DNA of 64,000 nt from Neoechinorhynchus agilis (taxonomy: Eukaryota > Animalia > Acanthocephala): NCBI GenBank assembly GCA_051530055.1, contig CM121342.1, forward strand, positions 1,522,797 through 1,586,796, written 5' to 3'. Positions 48,548 to 60,943 of this stretch are shown here, in pieces; positions within the stretch are counted from its first letter, which is position 1; the number at the start of each line of letters is the position of its first letter. A program made the position numbers and the translations under genes. Under the pieces are notes generated by a model, which saw only the letters and a program-made list of their open reading frames with translations, was not told the origin of the DNA and searched no databases.

Positions 48548-51500
48548 ATTCATCGGCGCAGGCCAAAATGCTAGCCGCATTGCCCCGCTGCACCGCAATG
48601 CTTATTTTTGGGCTAGGAACGAAGTCGATCTTGGCTCTCCAGTCGCTGCGTAAATTCGTTTCCCCAAGTCCTTTAGGAGGGCTAGTGCCGACCCTCCCAA
48701 GGTCCCATACGTTTCCACACCGAAGTGGACAAAATGGTAATTTCGGATTAGCTCCCTGTATTTTGAGCATTTCCGATCCTCTGCAGCCGTCGCCGCTCCT
48801 CCTGGACCTTTTTTCGAGTGACCGATGTTGGAGTTTGCCAACGTGTCCACACACGTTGCATCTCACAACAAACATTTTCCCTCCCGCCAAGGAAATACGG
48901 TCACGCCATCAGGGCGTCTTCCATCTAATCTACAAAGATTAGTGGGTTCTAGAATGTTTGGAAGGGAAAGCGTTTTTAGGGTTCTACTCAGGATGGCATT
49001 GATTTCAGCACCCCTTGGGAATCGTCCCGATGACGTCCTGCATATGAGACCGTGTCTCCCCGAAGAGTCCACTATAGTGCCGCAGCGGCAGCGATGCGGG
49101 ATGCAAATCGGTAGGCCTAATCTCAAGGATACTGCGATCCTGACGACTGAGTCAGCAAGGAGAGTTCCAAGTTTCCCTACAGGGAGAGCATTCAACCACG
49201 CTCCCGACTCCTTCATGGAACAGGCTACCAGCCGGACCTGAGACACCTCATCCAGAAGATCTTTGAAAGAGTTGTGAATCTTCTAAACAAGAGGAATGTC
49301 CCAAGACGACTGTTTGCACTCATTTGCGGGGAGCTGGTTGATGCCTGTCAATTGATGCCATTGATATAATCCTGTTTCAAAGATCGCATAATTCAGTGAT
49401 GTGCCTAAAATGGCATCGACATAGACTTTACTTGCCCGGCAAGAGGAGAGGAAGGCAGGTAAAGCGACGTCTGAAGTGGTGCGAACTCCCAAACCACCAT
49501 AAGCCGTGGGAAAAGTAGTCTGTCGCCAACCTGTGTCAGAAAATTTGACATTCAATATATGTCCCAGCTGCTTACGAATTACCCCGTCGAGCTCTCCTAA
49601 CAATTTGTCTTCTCCGAAACATGGAGCTGCTCTTAGCTTATGAAACAATTTCGGCATATAGAGGCAATTCTTGATCAAGAAGAGACCCTCATGTGCCGAA
49701 AGCTCAGAAGTTCGGCCGCAGAGCAACTCCATTTTCGGGATTTGTGCGCGCAGGTCCTTCGCAACATTCTCAGCAAGAACGCAGCTCCCGAGGAGTGTGA
49801 GCTGGTCAAGGGTGATCAAACCTAGACCAGGAGCAACTGATTCAAAATCGTTAGAGATTTGAGAGCGCTCGTTTTCAGTTGCGTTCAGGATGAGAAGTTC
49901 GCATTTTTTGGGATTTATTTCTATTCCCAAGCGGTCCGCTTCATTCACGATCCTTTGAAGGTCGCTCAAAACAACACTTGGATCGCCACCGAGTGTGGCA
50001 TCGTCCAAGTACCAAGCGTTGAAAGAAGAAACCATTGAATGGGCAAGATCATTTACTGCGACGGAGAAGCCTATGGGGCCTAGTGGATCTCCCTGTTGTA
50101 CACCACTCTGCGACTGAATTATTTTGTCGTTGTACAGCAGTGGCGTATGGTTAGCATATGCTCTCCAGAAATAGGAGTAAGCCTCTGGGACGACATCCTC
50201 AATCGCTTTTAACATTATTTCCTTTTTTAAGGTATTGAAAGCATTTTTAAAATCTACTTTCAGAATTGCTGTTGGCTTTGTTCTTTGGGGGATAAATTTT
50301 CGCAGAGCATGCACGACCGCTTCAACTCCACAAGGAGTGCAGCAACCTAACTGACAGGGTCTCAAAAATTCTCCCGTTTTATCGGAGATTCTCCTGCATA
50401 AAACTTTCGCGGCTAACCTACGCAAAGTGCAGCCAATGGCGATGGGACGAATCCCACCATCTTTCTTGGACAAAGCACACAAAGAGGCGCCGAAGAAAAG
50501 ATGTGTAGCTAAATTGCCAATGGAGCCCTCGATGAAAATATCAACTATTTTAAGCAAAGCAGTTCCGAGGGCTATTCCCGAAGCACCTGTAGAAAAAGAC
50601 ATCATGTCTTTGAGGTGCTGTGGACGCAAGCCATCCGGCCCGTGTCCTGAGCCATTGGCGAAGGAAGACACAGCTTTCCTTATTTCTAAACTATTTGTTC
50701 GGAAAGCCTGAGTAGTTGGTGTAAAATTGGTGGAGTTCGACTCCGATGACGGATGCAACTTTAATAGAGCCTCAAAAGTAGTGCCATGGTTTGGCGCAAA
50801 ATCTTCAGTTGAGGCTAGAAGCCGAACCGCGCCGCGAACATCCCCGTCTGCGAGCTTCGCCGATACGCGTTGACCCAGTAGCCGAACTGTGCCTTGTTTA
50901 CGGCTTTTACTAGACGAATTTTCGGGAGTCGCTGAGGATTCGGTCATTCTCTTAAAATTCGCGTCGAACTCCACTAGCCTATTTTTAATGTTGGATGTCA
51001 AATTCCCCGATATTGAGTTGCTAGAGCTGAGAACAAGGCGGGAAAAAGCAAAAAGTTTTACCCAATCAATATCCTCATTGTTCTCAGCACAACGTTGCAA
51101 TAGATTTGTGTATGATTGTGCCACCTGGGTTCTTGCCCCCTTGGGAATGTGCTTTAAAATTGTTGTTGGTAAAACCCGGGAAAGGGATTCCAAAGATGGG
51201 GTTTGACAGTTTGGCGACAAGCTCTCGTTAGGTTTAGCCGGTCGTGATAAAGATAAGGATGCAGGAATGCTCGGCCGAGATGGGAGAGGTTGGTACGAGC
51301 CAGGACATCGGGAACCAATGGGCCCATGCACCCTAAAAAGGCCAACCTTTGTTAAATGTATTTCCCGTTCGCAGAAGGGGCAAATCGTGGGAACGTATGG
51401 GGCATGCTGGGAGGTTCCAACTTGCATCAAAGTTGTAGGCGGTGACTTCGGGGTGGTCGGTACTTCGTCACGTTGCGTAGAGGAAGCGGTGCTGGTGATT

Positions 51501-51755
51501 GATGTGGGGTTGGTCGTCACTGGGTCGTCTGTTTGGTGATCGATTTCGGCCCGAGCGAAGCGAGGGGACGGCGGTGGTTGGCATCGTTGACGGCAGTGGT
51601 GGCATCGTTGACGGCAGTGGTGGCATCGTTGACGGCGGTGGTGGCATCGTTGACGGCGGTGGTGGCATCGTTGACGGCGGTGGTGGCATCGTTGACGGCG
51701 GTGGTGGCATCGTTGACGGCGGTGGTGGCATCGTTGACGGTTGAATTTTGTTCAA
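48548..51755 (-). mobile_element. Near full-length CRE-clade non-LTR retrotransposon (N-terminal Zn finger, RT, CCHC, RLE)
   Basis: CPFC...RVHGP...CPGS; IRPIAIG, DFKNAFN, GVQQGDPLGP, YLDD; CRCG..HGLIC; RPDG..FPW; VETYG. One ORF broken only by TAG (49283), TGA for Trp (48863) and a 1-bp deletion in an A-run near 48602. Confidence 0.95.
51572..51740 (-). repeat. 21-bp tandem repeat x8 at the 5' end of the CRE element
   Basis: (ggcggtggtggcatcgttgac)n; reads as (PPPPSTM)n on the element strand. Confidence 0.95.
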
Positions 51756-53140
51756 TCTTCCGCTATTTTTAAATGACCATTAATATGGGTTATACAGATT
51801 TTATATTTTAAAAACTTCTTAGAATAGCAACACAGTTTCTGAGTGTATTTATGGGCGAAAAATGAATTTATTATATCGCTCAAATAATTCGCGCGCATTT
51901 TTATATTTTGATTCTCTTAAATGATAGATATACTAAAAGGTTTAAAGTCAATGTTTTGTTAACAGAATCGAACACAAATGGCTAACTTAAGATCTCACTT
52001 GTTCAATATCGACGCTGGTTAAACTCTTGAATTAATGCTTTTAGTTAAGGGTTATTAGTCTTCTTTACATCTGACATTAACTGATTATTTTAATATGTTC
52101 GATTTCCTACGGTATCTGTAATTTTCACTGATTCTAGGACGAAGTGAAACGACGCAGTACGGATTAATGCTACCTTTGTTAAACAAAAGCAGTTATATTT
52201 CCATAATACAATTTGTATCAACGGCAATAAAAGCCTACAAATAACCCTCAACGAATTAAAGTCGTAAAATAGTAGCACGTTCGATGAAGGTAGTTCGAAC
52301 TATTACATAATGATCAGTGGTTAAAATACAGAATTGTTAATTCTACAATATAACTTGCAAAAATGAAATTTTAACGATCTGATGAAAAACTCCACTTATT
52401 GAATATTATATACTAATCTTTTAAGTACACGCGTGTTTTATCAGTAAATTTTCGGGCAAATCGTTTAATCATGTAATTTTAATTGAAAACTAATACCCAA
52501 TGTATATATTTCATCTTAAAATTTTTCCTTTTTGTAAATCCTTGCCAGCCATTGGAAACTCTTCAATAAAAGTTTAATTGTCGATATCTTGCCATTGTTC
52601 GACCCTTCGGCAAGTGAACCATTCTAGAATTTCCTGTTCCTTTTCTGCCTGATGGTTTATGACAACAAATTATTCTTGTTGCAATGGCATCCCCTTATCG
52701 CGTTCTAACGCAGAGACAATGTCTCCGACCTTGTTTTTGTTTATCTTTTCTATTTCAATTTTTGACAGTATTCAGATTGATCCATGGAAATGATTCGGTC
52801 CGAGTTGATGCGGTGGTAGATTAACTCTCAAACATTCGAGCTTTGCTGTTCATTGGTATTATCAGTCGTTGGGAAAAACAATATTCCGATCGACGTTCCA
52901 TCTCCTCGCTGGTGACTCGAAATACAATATTTCCCAGTTCTTGAATCAAGTTTAAAGTCTTCTGTCATCTTAATAAGAGAAAAAAGATTAAGTTGATCGT
53001 GTGTATTTTTTCCCAAAAAAGATGGATCAGTATGATACGAGTATTGGCACGTTGGGATTTACGTTTTCCGGTCTTAATTCTGCTTTTAAACTGATGGGTT
53101 AGTCAAAGGCTGAACAGTTAATTTAGGTCGAGCAACCAAG

Positions 53141-54780
53141 TTTTTTTACAAGCTTATTTTTATTTGTAGAACATAATAAAGCACAAAACGTGCAATCACC
53201 ACCGTCCGCGAAATTGGAGCTTCTTTCCTTTCTCGGCTGTCGCTAACACGCTAGCAGCATTGCCTCGTTGTACTGCGAGCGAGATATTTTGCCGCAGGAA
53301 TACACCTGCTCGTGCGTCGCCGGTCGTTTCTCTGAATTTCTTCGAGATCCTGGAGCAGAGTGCCGAGCTGCCAAGCGCTCGATGCGTCTCTTCTCGGAAG
53401 GGAACAATATAATGGACCCTTGCTAAATCCCTATATTTTCATACCTTCCTCCCTTCCGCTGCACATCCAGCGATTTCGAGAGAGTAGGGAATGTTGCTTA
53501 CTGCGAAAGTGTCCACAAACGTGGCGTCCCAGAGAAGGCATTTGCCCTCCCGCCACGGAAAGACCGAAATTCCGTCAGGTCGACGACCATTTAGTCGACA
53601 AAGATGGGTGGGTTCCAAGATGCTGGGGAAGTTCGCCGTTCTCAACGCCCGAGAAATTACGCTGTTGATCTCAGAATGGCGTGATAACCTTCCTCCTGAT
53701 TTTTGGCAAACGAGACCGTGTCGCCCGAAAAAGACCCACATCGACAGCGAAGGGGCGTGCATATCGGGAGACCAAGCCCTCGTTACCTCATCAGTGAGAA
53801 GAGTTCCCACAGATGCCAGAGGAACAGCTTCCAAACACGTCCCGATTCTCGCGTCGAAGCTGCCAACAATCTAGCTCGAACGACCCCACCGCGAGAACCT
53901 GAAAGTAGGGAGCTGTGAGCTCTCGCGACAAGAGGTCTGTCCCAGATCGACTGTCTGAGGCCATTCACGGGAACACGGTTAGCGCCTATCCGCTGGCACC
54001 ATTCTTCAACTGCCCCACAAAGTCGTGGTCAAGACAAACTTTCCCCTCGGAATTATCTTCGCTATCGGTTGACTCCTCTCATACGATCCAAGAAAAGCTG
54101 GCAAGGCCTGCTACCGCTCGAATGCCCAACCCCCGGACGACACAGGCAATGAAGCTTGTCGCCACGCCTCATCTGAGAGCTGGACATTTAAAATACGCTC
54201 GAGACAAGCCCTCGCCTTGCCGTCGAGTTTAGCCAATCCTTCCTCATGTTTGAAGAATGTTGCTGTGCGGACCTCATAACAATTTCGGGATAAAGAGTGT
54301 GTTCTTTGTCAGAAATAACGCTTCGTGAGCCGAGAGAGCGCTCACCCTATCGCACAGCAACGAAAGTTTCGGCATGTTACGGCCAATCTCAGCTTCCACA
54401 TTTGAATCAAAGACTCAACTACCCAGGAGGCTGAGTTGCTCTATAGTCACGAGTTTGAGACCTGGAGATACGGCCTCAAACCCATCCATTAGGTCCTGGA
54501 CTTTGCCGGTGTCTTAGATATTTAATACTAGAAGCTCACATTTTCCCGCATTGAGCTCAATGTCCATTCTCGCGGTTTACCTAATCAGCGTCTCCAAATC
54601 GCGCAGTACAACGGAGGGATCACCTCTGAGCGTAGCGTCATCCAAGTACCAAGCTTTGAAGCTGGAATGGAGAGAGAGTGCACTATTGGATTTACTGTTA
54701 GGGAGAATGCGATTGGATTGAGAGGATCTCCTTGCTGCACTCCTCTTTCGGACCATTTTCTAAAATACATTTCAGCACGA
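53141..54780 (-). mobile_element. CRE-clade copy with 3' A-tail, inverted relative to the copy-A element
   Basis: ORFs are nearly identical to those at 36165-37270 but on the minus strand. T-run at 53141 (caaccaag|tttttttac). Carries more 5' RT sequence (GVQQGDP near 54730). Confidence 0.9.
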
Positions 54781-54899
54781 TAAAATTAGTTTTTCATGAA
54801 TTGTGCAAAAAATGAACTTGCAATTATACACGCGGACGATAGTTTTGACCATGTTTGTTCGGTCTCTTAGATTTAACTCGATAATAATCTCAATTTCGA

Positions 54900-55620
54900 G
54901 TCTAAAGAACATCATTTTTTGCATTTACTACGATTGTTGGCAGTTTCGAGACGAGAATCAAGGCGTGGTTGGAGGCTGTTCCTCTGGCATCTGTGGGAAC
55001 TCTTCTCACTGATGAGGCAACGAGGAACTTGGTCTTTGGATATGCACACCCAATCGTTGTCGATGTGGGTCCTTGGTTGATGCTTTCGGGCGACACGGTC
55101 TCGTTTGCCTAAAGTCAGGAGGAAGGTTCTCACGCCATTCTGAGATAAATAGTATAATTTCTCGGGCGTTGAGAACGACGAACTTCCCCAGCATCTTGGA
55201 ACCCACCCATCTTTGTCGACTAAATGGTCGTCGACCTGACGGAATTTCGGTCTTTCCGTGGCGGGAGGGCAAATGCCTTCTCTGGGACGCCACGTTTGTG
55301 GACACTTTCGCAGTAAGCAACATTCCCTACTCTCTCGAAAAAGCTGGAGATGCAGCCTAACCAGGGGCCCACTATTTTGTCCCCTTCGGATTAGAGACGT
55401 ATGGAGCGCTTGGCAGCTCGGCACTCACTCTGCTCCAGGATCTCGAAGAAATTCAGAGAAACGACCGGCGACGCACGAGCAGTTGTATTCCTGCGGCAAA
55501 ATATCTCGCTAGCAGTACAACAAGGCAATGCTGCTAGCGTGATAGCGATAGCCGAGGAAGGAGAGAAGCTCCAATTTTGCGGACGGTGATGATTGCACAT
55601 TTTGTGCTTTATTACTGTAA
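54900..55620 (+). mobile_element. Internally deleted CRE-clade 3' fragment
   Basis: [21 protein letters not shown]...ISLAVQQGNAASV; the 3' flank matches the flank at 37270 onward. Confidence 0.88.
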
Positions 55621-55869
55621 AACCCCGAGAAATAAAAAATATTTACTACAATTTTTTTTAGAAAATTCAACAATCCATATCGAGCGGAAAATCGTTAAAA
55701 TACAGGAGTGTAGATTTGTGTAAATTTACAATGTTTTTGGTTTGATATAATAGGGATTTAAGAGCAAGTATAAGAACATTACCTAAGAATAATTTTGTAT
55801 CTTTTACTTTTTTAAGCATAAAATACCTTTACAGTCGAACTTCTTGATACAATAACAAAACAGTTTCTA

Positions 55870-56032
55870 TTTGGGTCGCTTGTCAACACCAAAGAGGGAT
55901 CATTGAAGAAGAATGTGTATTTTGACTGGTTGCATCAGTCATTTTATCATTGTTATTGCTTGTAAGTTTTTGGAGTTCTAGAAAATATATTCTTCTTTAA
56001 TGGTCCCTCTTGGGTGTTGACAAGCGACCAAA
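55870..56032. mobile_element. MITE-like foldback, duplicate copy
   Basis: Same sequence as 37551-37713. Confidence 0.75.
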
Positions 56033-56192
56033 TAACAACATATGCGGCTAGCATTTTGGCCAGCGCCGATGAATGGGAGCGTTGATGAAACTATAAATTA
56101 TGTATGCTTGCTTAAAAAACTCTTTCGTTCTAACCAACAGGAATGCAATCCTGGAAAAAGTATTTAATTTCAGCGCGCCGATTTATGTACGG

Positions 56193-57275
56193 TCAATTTT
56201 TGGGAATACTTTTATGGTACCGTTTTTCATCTATTTCTTTTACACACTCAGTTACTTTTGTTTTGGTGGTGACAAGATAGTCGAGTTCCTTTTTGAGTCC
56301 CTGTCGATGACACGATGAAAAAAATAAACTAGCGAAAACTGACCCTGATTCGATTAGCGTCTTGATCGAGAATCAACTGATGTTCTTCTATCAGTGAATG
56401 TATATAACGGCCAATATTTTTTCGTTTCGTCAATTCATCATGCAACAATGCTGAGTAACGGTTTACGATATCTTTTGACTCGGTAAACAGTCTTCTAGTT
56501 GTTTCTGTCCCACTGGATTCTAAAATGAAAAGTTATGCATTATAAAATCTTTACTTTTCAACCGTACATTCCGACGGCATTGTAAACTTCATCGCTCTGA
56601 AGCTCAAAATGAGCAGATTTTGTGATTTTTTGGACACGTTCGTCACAAGAAGGACAGTTCTCCATTTCTTGAAGTTGATCCACAAGAACATCAACCGAAG
56701 TAGTAAACTCTGAAGAGCACTCAAATTCATCCATTGCTTTTGCGATATCAGCAGAAAGTTGATCCGAATTTTGTTTATAATCAGCGTCAAGGATCACCTG
56801 CCAAAACTTGTTCATTAATTCGTCTTCGTAAATATGGCGATCAGTCCATATTTGTAGCATTCGTTCAGTACCATTCAAGGTCTCTTCGTCTGAGAAACTC
56901 ACTATCTTTTCCAAAGCGCCAACTATGACGATGGAAAACGGTTTGGAAAACTCAGATCCACGGCGAAAACTGTTTTGAATAATATCATTGGCTAAGTAGA
57001 GGAGAGATAGATGCTGACCCATGGGAGCTGAAGTTTTCACTGAAAAACTCTCGTAACACTTCAATGATCTAACCTTTAAGGAAATACTGATACCATGTTT
57101 GTACTATAGATTGCGCGGATTCGCGATTAGCAATGCACCAACTTGACAAGCTCTCAATTGCATTCCTTGAATCGTTGACGAATTTTAACAACTTTTGAAA
57201 CTCGAGCTCGGAGTATTCAGAAGTATCTTTAAGTATATCACTCATTTTGATCTTTTTTGTGGAACACGGCGACAT
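56193..57275 (-). CDS. RPRD1: RPRD1-like protein, copy B
   Basis: ORF translations are identical to copy A. Confidence 0.88.
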
Positions 57276-58292
57276 ATCTTTAACAATATACAGTTATGAG
57301 TAAAGATAAGATATTTCCAAACTCATAACATTCACAGAAAAAACAATTGCAATTTTCAGAAGAAGCTTTCAATATTATGGTTGAAATACTTTGAATCAAT
57401 TATATTAAGTATTTAGATCGGATCTTTGCCTATCTTGAGTAAAATTGTGTTAAATGGGTATAAAAAACGATGTTCAGAACTATAACTTATCTTGACGACA
57501 CCAAAGTGAGATTATTTAGGTTACACGAAAATTATTTGATTTTCTAATGTCAGTCACGAAATCGAATCCTGCTCAGGGTTAAGCGTACAAAACATTTACG
57601 AACTTCGCTTTCACGATTGGCGCAATCAATTGTAGATCTAGCAATTGTAACAAATATCTTGATTCTATTTTCACAGTTCGGAAACGACATTCCTGATGTT
57701 CTTTTAAACTTAATGCAGCTAGAGATATCCAGGACGTGACCAATAAATCAATTTTTAAGTTCATAAAATTCAAATTTCTCAAAATCATCAAATGCGTCTC
57801 TCAATCTGATGATTTCTTCAGCCGCGATAACCTTAAATATTTGATTATTGTTGTAAAACCAGGAAATAGCGCTACAATTTGAACCATCTATAGAATTTCT
57901 CACCTACGTTAGTCGAGTTTTCGCCGTCGGTAAAAGCTCGAGAATAAAGATTTTCTATATCATTACAAAGGCTCTCGGCAGCGTCAATTTAAAAACCAAA
58001 AAACTTGATCAACCACGCGGCTGAAATGAATCGCCAAAAAGGTAAGCGACTAAGCCGTGTTGTAGGACAAAAAATTTTTGCAATCGAAGCGATTTTCTTT
58101 TTTCATAAAAAACAACAGAAGCTTTGTATGACCGGAATATTATCTGATTAAATCGCAAATGGAATTAAAACAAACTCCCCCCGCCGCTACCATGAAAATA
58201 ATTAAAATTGAGCTACGAATAAATTGCTAAACTTCGATCCGCTGCTTTCTATTTGTGAAAAACCAGCATTAAAAGGAAATTGCAAAATAGCT

Positions 58293-58991
58293 TTAATGAA
58301 TCCCGTATTTGGATTTTTTTAAATTCACTCCTTGCATCAATAACCAAGCAGCAACATCGGCGCATTCCTCGTGGTGTTTACGGTCGTGATGAGATTGGAA
58401 TCGGCCATAAACACTCGCCTGGTAGTTCGTTTCAATGTTTGCAATTTGTACAGCTGAATCGACAGTGACCTTTTTAGCGGTCTTAATACCTTCCATTAGC
58501 CAGCAAGCAATAACTGACGAAGCTAAACGACTGCTTAATTTACTGAGAATGAATAAATCCTCCGATGTTTTGAATTCGTTACAGAGGACTTTAGACACGT
58601 TAGAACGGTTAACCGTCTGCTGTTTTAGCGAAAACAAATCCGTATTTTAGCCCGTTGGATTTGTGTTCTTCTTCACAAGGTCATAACTAGGTACGAGGTT
58701 GCATCCAAACTTTTGATTGAACCACGAAACAAGAGGATCCCAATTCTTTGCTTGGCACTTGGACAAATTTTCCGGAGATCGAATCCTGTGAAGGAGAGTA
58801 TCACTGTTCTCGAGAATGGAAATAATGTTCGCCAAAGAGGTGGAAATGCGGCACTCGGTGTCGTCCTCAAATGCAGCATTGAATTCACGAATCACACGAG
58901 ATAATGGACTGTCCTTTCCGAACAAAGAAAGCTCCTCAGTTGTTAATCTTGCCAATAAAGCACTCCTGGTCCAACCGTACTCATAGTCGGT
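58293..58991 (-). CDS. ATPAF2: ATP12/ATPAF2, second copy; 5' exons unresolved (abuts the 90-bp satellite)
   Basis: Same motifs as copy A. The frame continues ETDYEYGWTRS into the satellite. The conserved N-terminal KRFY/LKTP region was not found. Confidence 0.7.
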
Positions 58992-60410
58992 TTCCTTAAA
59001 AACTGCAAAGAGTTGTTTTAATTGCAAAAACAACAACAGGATTCCGAGTCAACAAAATTAAATATTCAGTACTATTAGTCGTGTTCCTTAAAAACTGCAG
59101 AGTTGTTTTAATTGCAAAAAAAAGGACAGGATTCCAAGGCAACAAAATTAAATATTCAGTACTATTAGTCGTGTTCCTTAAAAACTGCAGAGTTGTTTTA
59201 ATTGCAAAAAAACAAGGACAGGATTCCAAGGCAACAAAATTAAATATTCAGTACTATTAGTCGTGTTCCTTAAAAACTGCAGAGTTGTTTTAATTGCAAA
59301 AACAACAACAGGATTCCGAGTAAACAAAATTAAATATTCACTACTATTAGTCGTGTTCCTTAAAAACTGCAGAGTTGTTTTAATTGCAAAAACAACAACA
59401 GGATTCCGGGGCAACAAAATTAAATATTCACTACTATTAGTCGTGTTCCTTAAAAACTGCAGAGTTGTTTTAATTGCAAAAACAACAACAGGATTCCGGG
59501 GCAACAAAATTAAATATTCACTACTATTAGTCGTGTTCCTTAAAAACTGCAGAGTTGTTTTAATTGCAAAAACAACAACAGGATTCCGGGGCAACAAAAT
59601 TAAATATTCACTGCTATTAGTCGTGTTCCTTAAAAACTGCAAAGAGTTGTTTTAATTGCAAAAACAACAACAGGATTCCGAGTAAACAAAATTAAAAATC
59701 CCGTACTATTAGTCGTGTTCCTTAAAAACTGCAAAGAGTTGTTTTAATTGCAAAAACAAGAACAGGATTCCGAGGCAACAAAATTAAATATTCACTACTA
59801 TTAGTCGTGTTCCTTAAAAACTGCAGAGTTGTTTTAATTGCAAAAACAACAACAGGATTCCGGGGCAACAAAATTAAATATTCACTACTATTAGTCGTGT
59901 TCCTTAAAAACTGCAGAGTTGTTTTAATTGCAAAAACAACAACAGGATTCCGGGGCAACAAAATTAAATATTCACTACTATTAGTCGTGTTCCTTAAAAA
60001 CTGCAGAGTTGTTTTAATTGCAAAAACAACAACAGGATTCCGGGGCAACAAAATTAAATATTCACTGCTATTAGTCGTGTTCCTTAAAAACTGCAAAGAG
60101 TTGTTTTAATTGCAAAAACAAGAACAGGATTCCGAGGCAACAAAATTAAATATTCAGTACTATTAGTCGTGAAAACTGCAGAGTTGTTTTAATTGCAAAA
60201 ACAAGAACAGGATTCCGAGGCAACAAAATTAAATATTCAGTACTATTAGTCGTGAAAACTGCAGAGTTGTTTTAATTGCAAAAACAACAACAGGATTCCG
60301 GGGCAACAAAATTAAATATTCACTGCTATTAGTCGTGTTCCTTAAAAACTGCAGAGTTATTTTAATTGCAAAAAACAACAACATGATACTGAGTCAACAA
60401 AATTAAAAAT
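58992..60410. repeat. 90-bp minisatellite, ~16 copies
   Basis: Unit ttccttaaaaactgcagagttgttttaattgcaaaaacaacaacaggattccggggcaacaaaattaaatattcactactattagtcgtg. Confidence 0.95.
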
Positions 60411-60943
60411 TTACAAACGTTTAAAATAAAATGCCCTAAATACTCTGTGCAGTTATAGATCGTTGAATTCCACCTGAACGCAGAAGGATTCTATAAAGAC
60501 GAGGTTGAACTTTTTGAAACCATACGAGCTTCCCAATGAACGCCATTTCAACAGTAGTGATTGGTTCCATAATGAAAACAATGCATATCTGAGAAATTCT
60601 TTCTTTTCTTTCATTGTATTCTTGTGGCCATTAAATCGGTGAAATTCGAAAACAGTAATCTAAATACTTTGTTCATGATTACGAGTGTTATTTTTATGTT
60701 CATTTCTTAATTTGTTGGCCGGAACCGTCTTTAATTAGACTTTCCCGGCACCTTCTCACATACCGGCACGTTTTTATAATCCATAATTGACAGAAAAATT
60801 CAACTTATTTTATTGGATGGCGTTGAATGATTGGATATTGAACCTCAATAAAAATTGACAATTTCTGGTTTACACATAAACAATTAACCATGGCAACAGA
60901 ATTTTACCGTACAGCTTTATCCCGGAAAACTTTTTAAATTGCA

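Larger units (their letters stand above)
40674..58978. repeat. Tandem segmental duplication, copy B (18.3 kb; keeps ~4.15 kb missing from A and has a rearranged CRE block)
   Basis: 40674-47548 matches 27303-34177; 51740-53140 matches 34220-35620; 55590-58978 matches 37270-40673. Confidence 0.95.

Noticed and set aside
27303-55620. Spliced-leader RNA gene array as the CRE target
   Set aside because: No short tandem unit with an SL exon, GT donor and Sm site was recognisable at any CRE junction.
58992-60410. Repeat protein encoded on both strands of the 90-bp array
   Set aside because: A unit length divisible by three with no stop gives long ORFs automatically, and frequent 1-2-bp indels between units break the frames.
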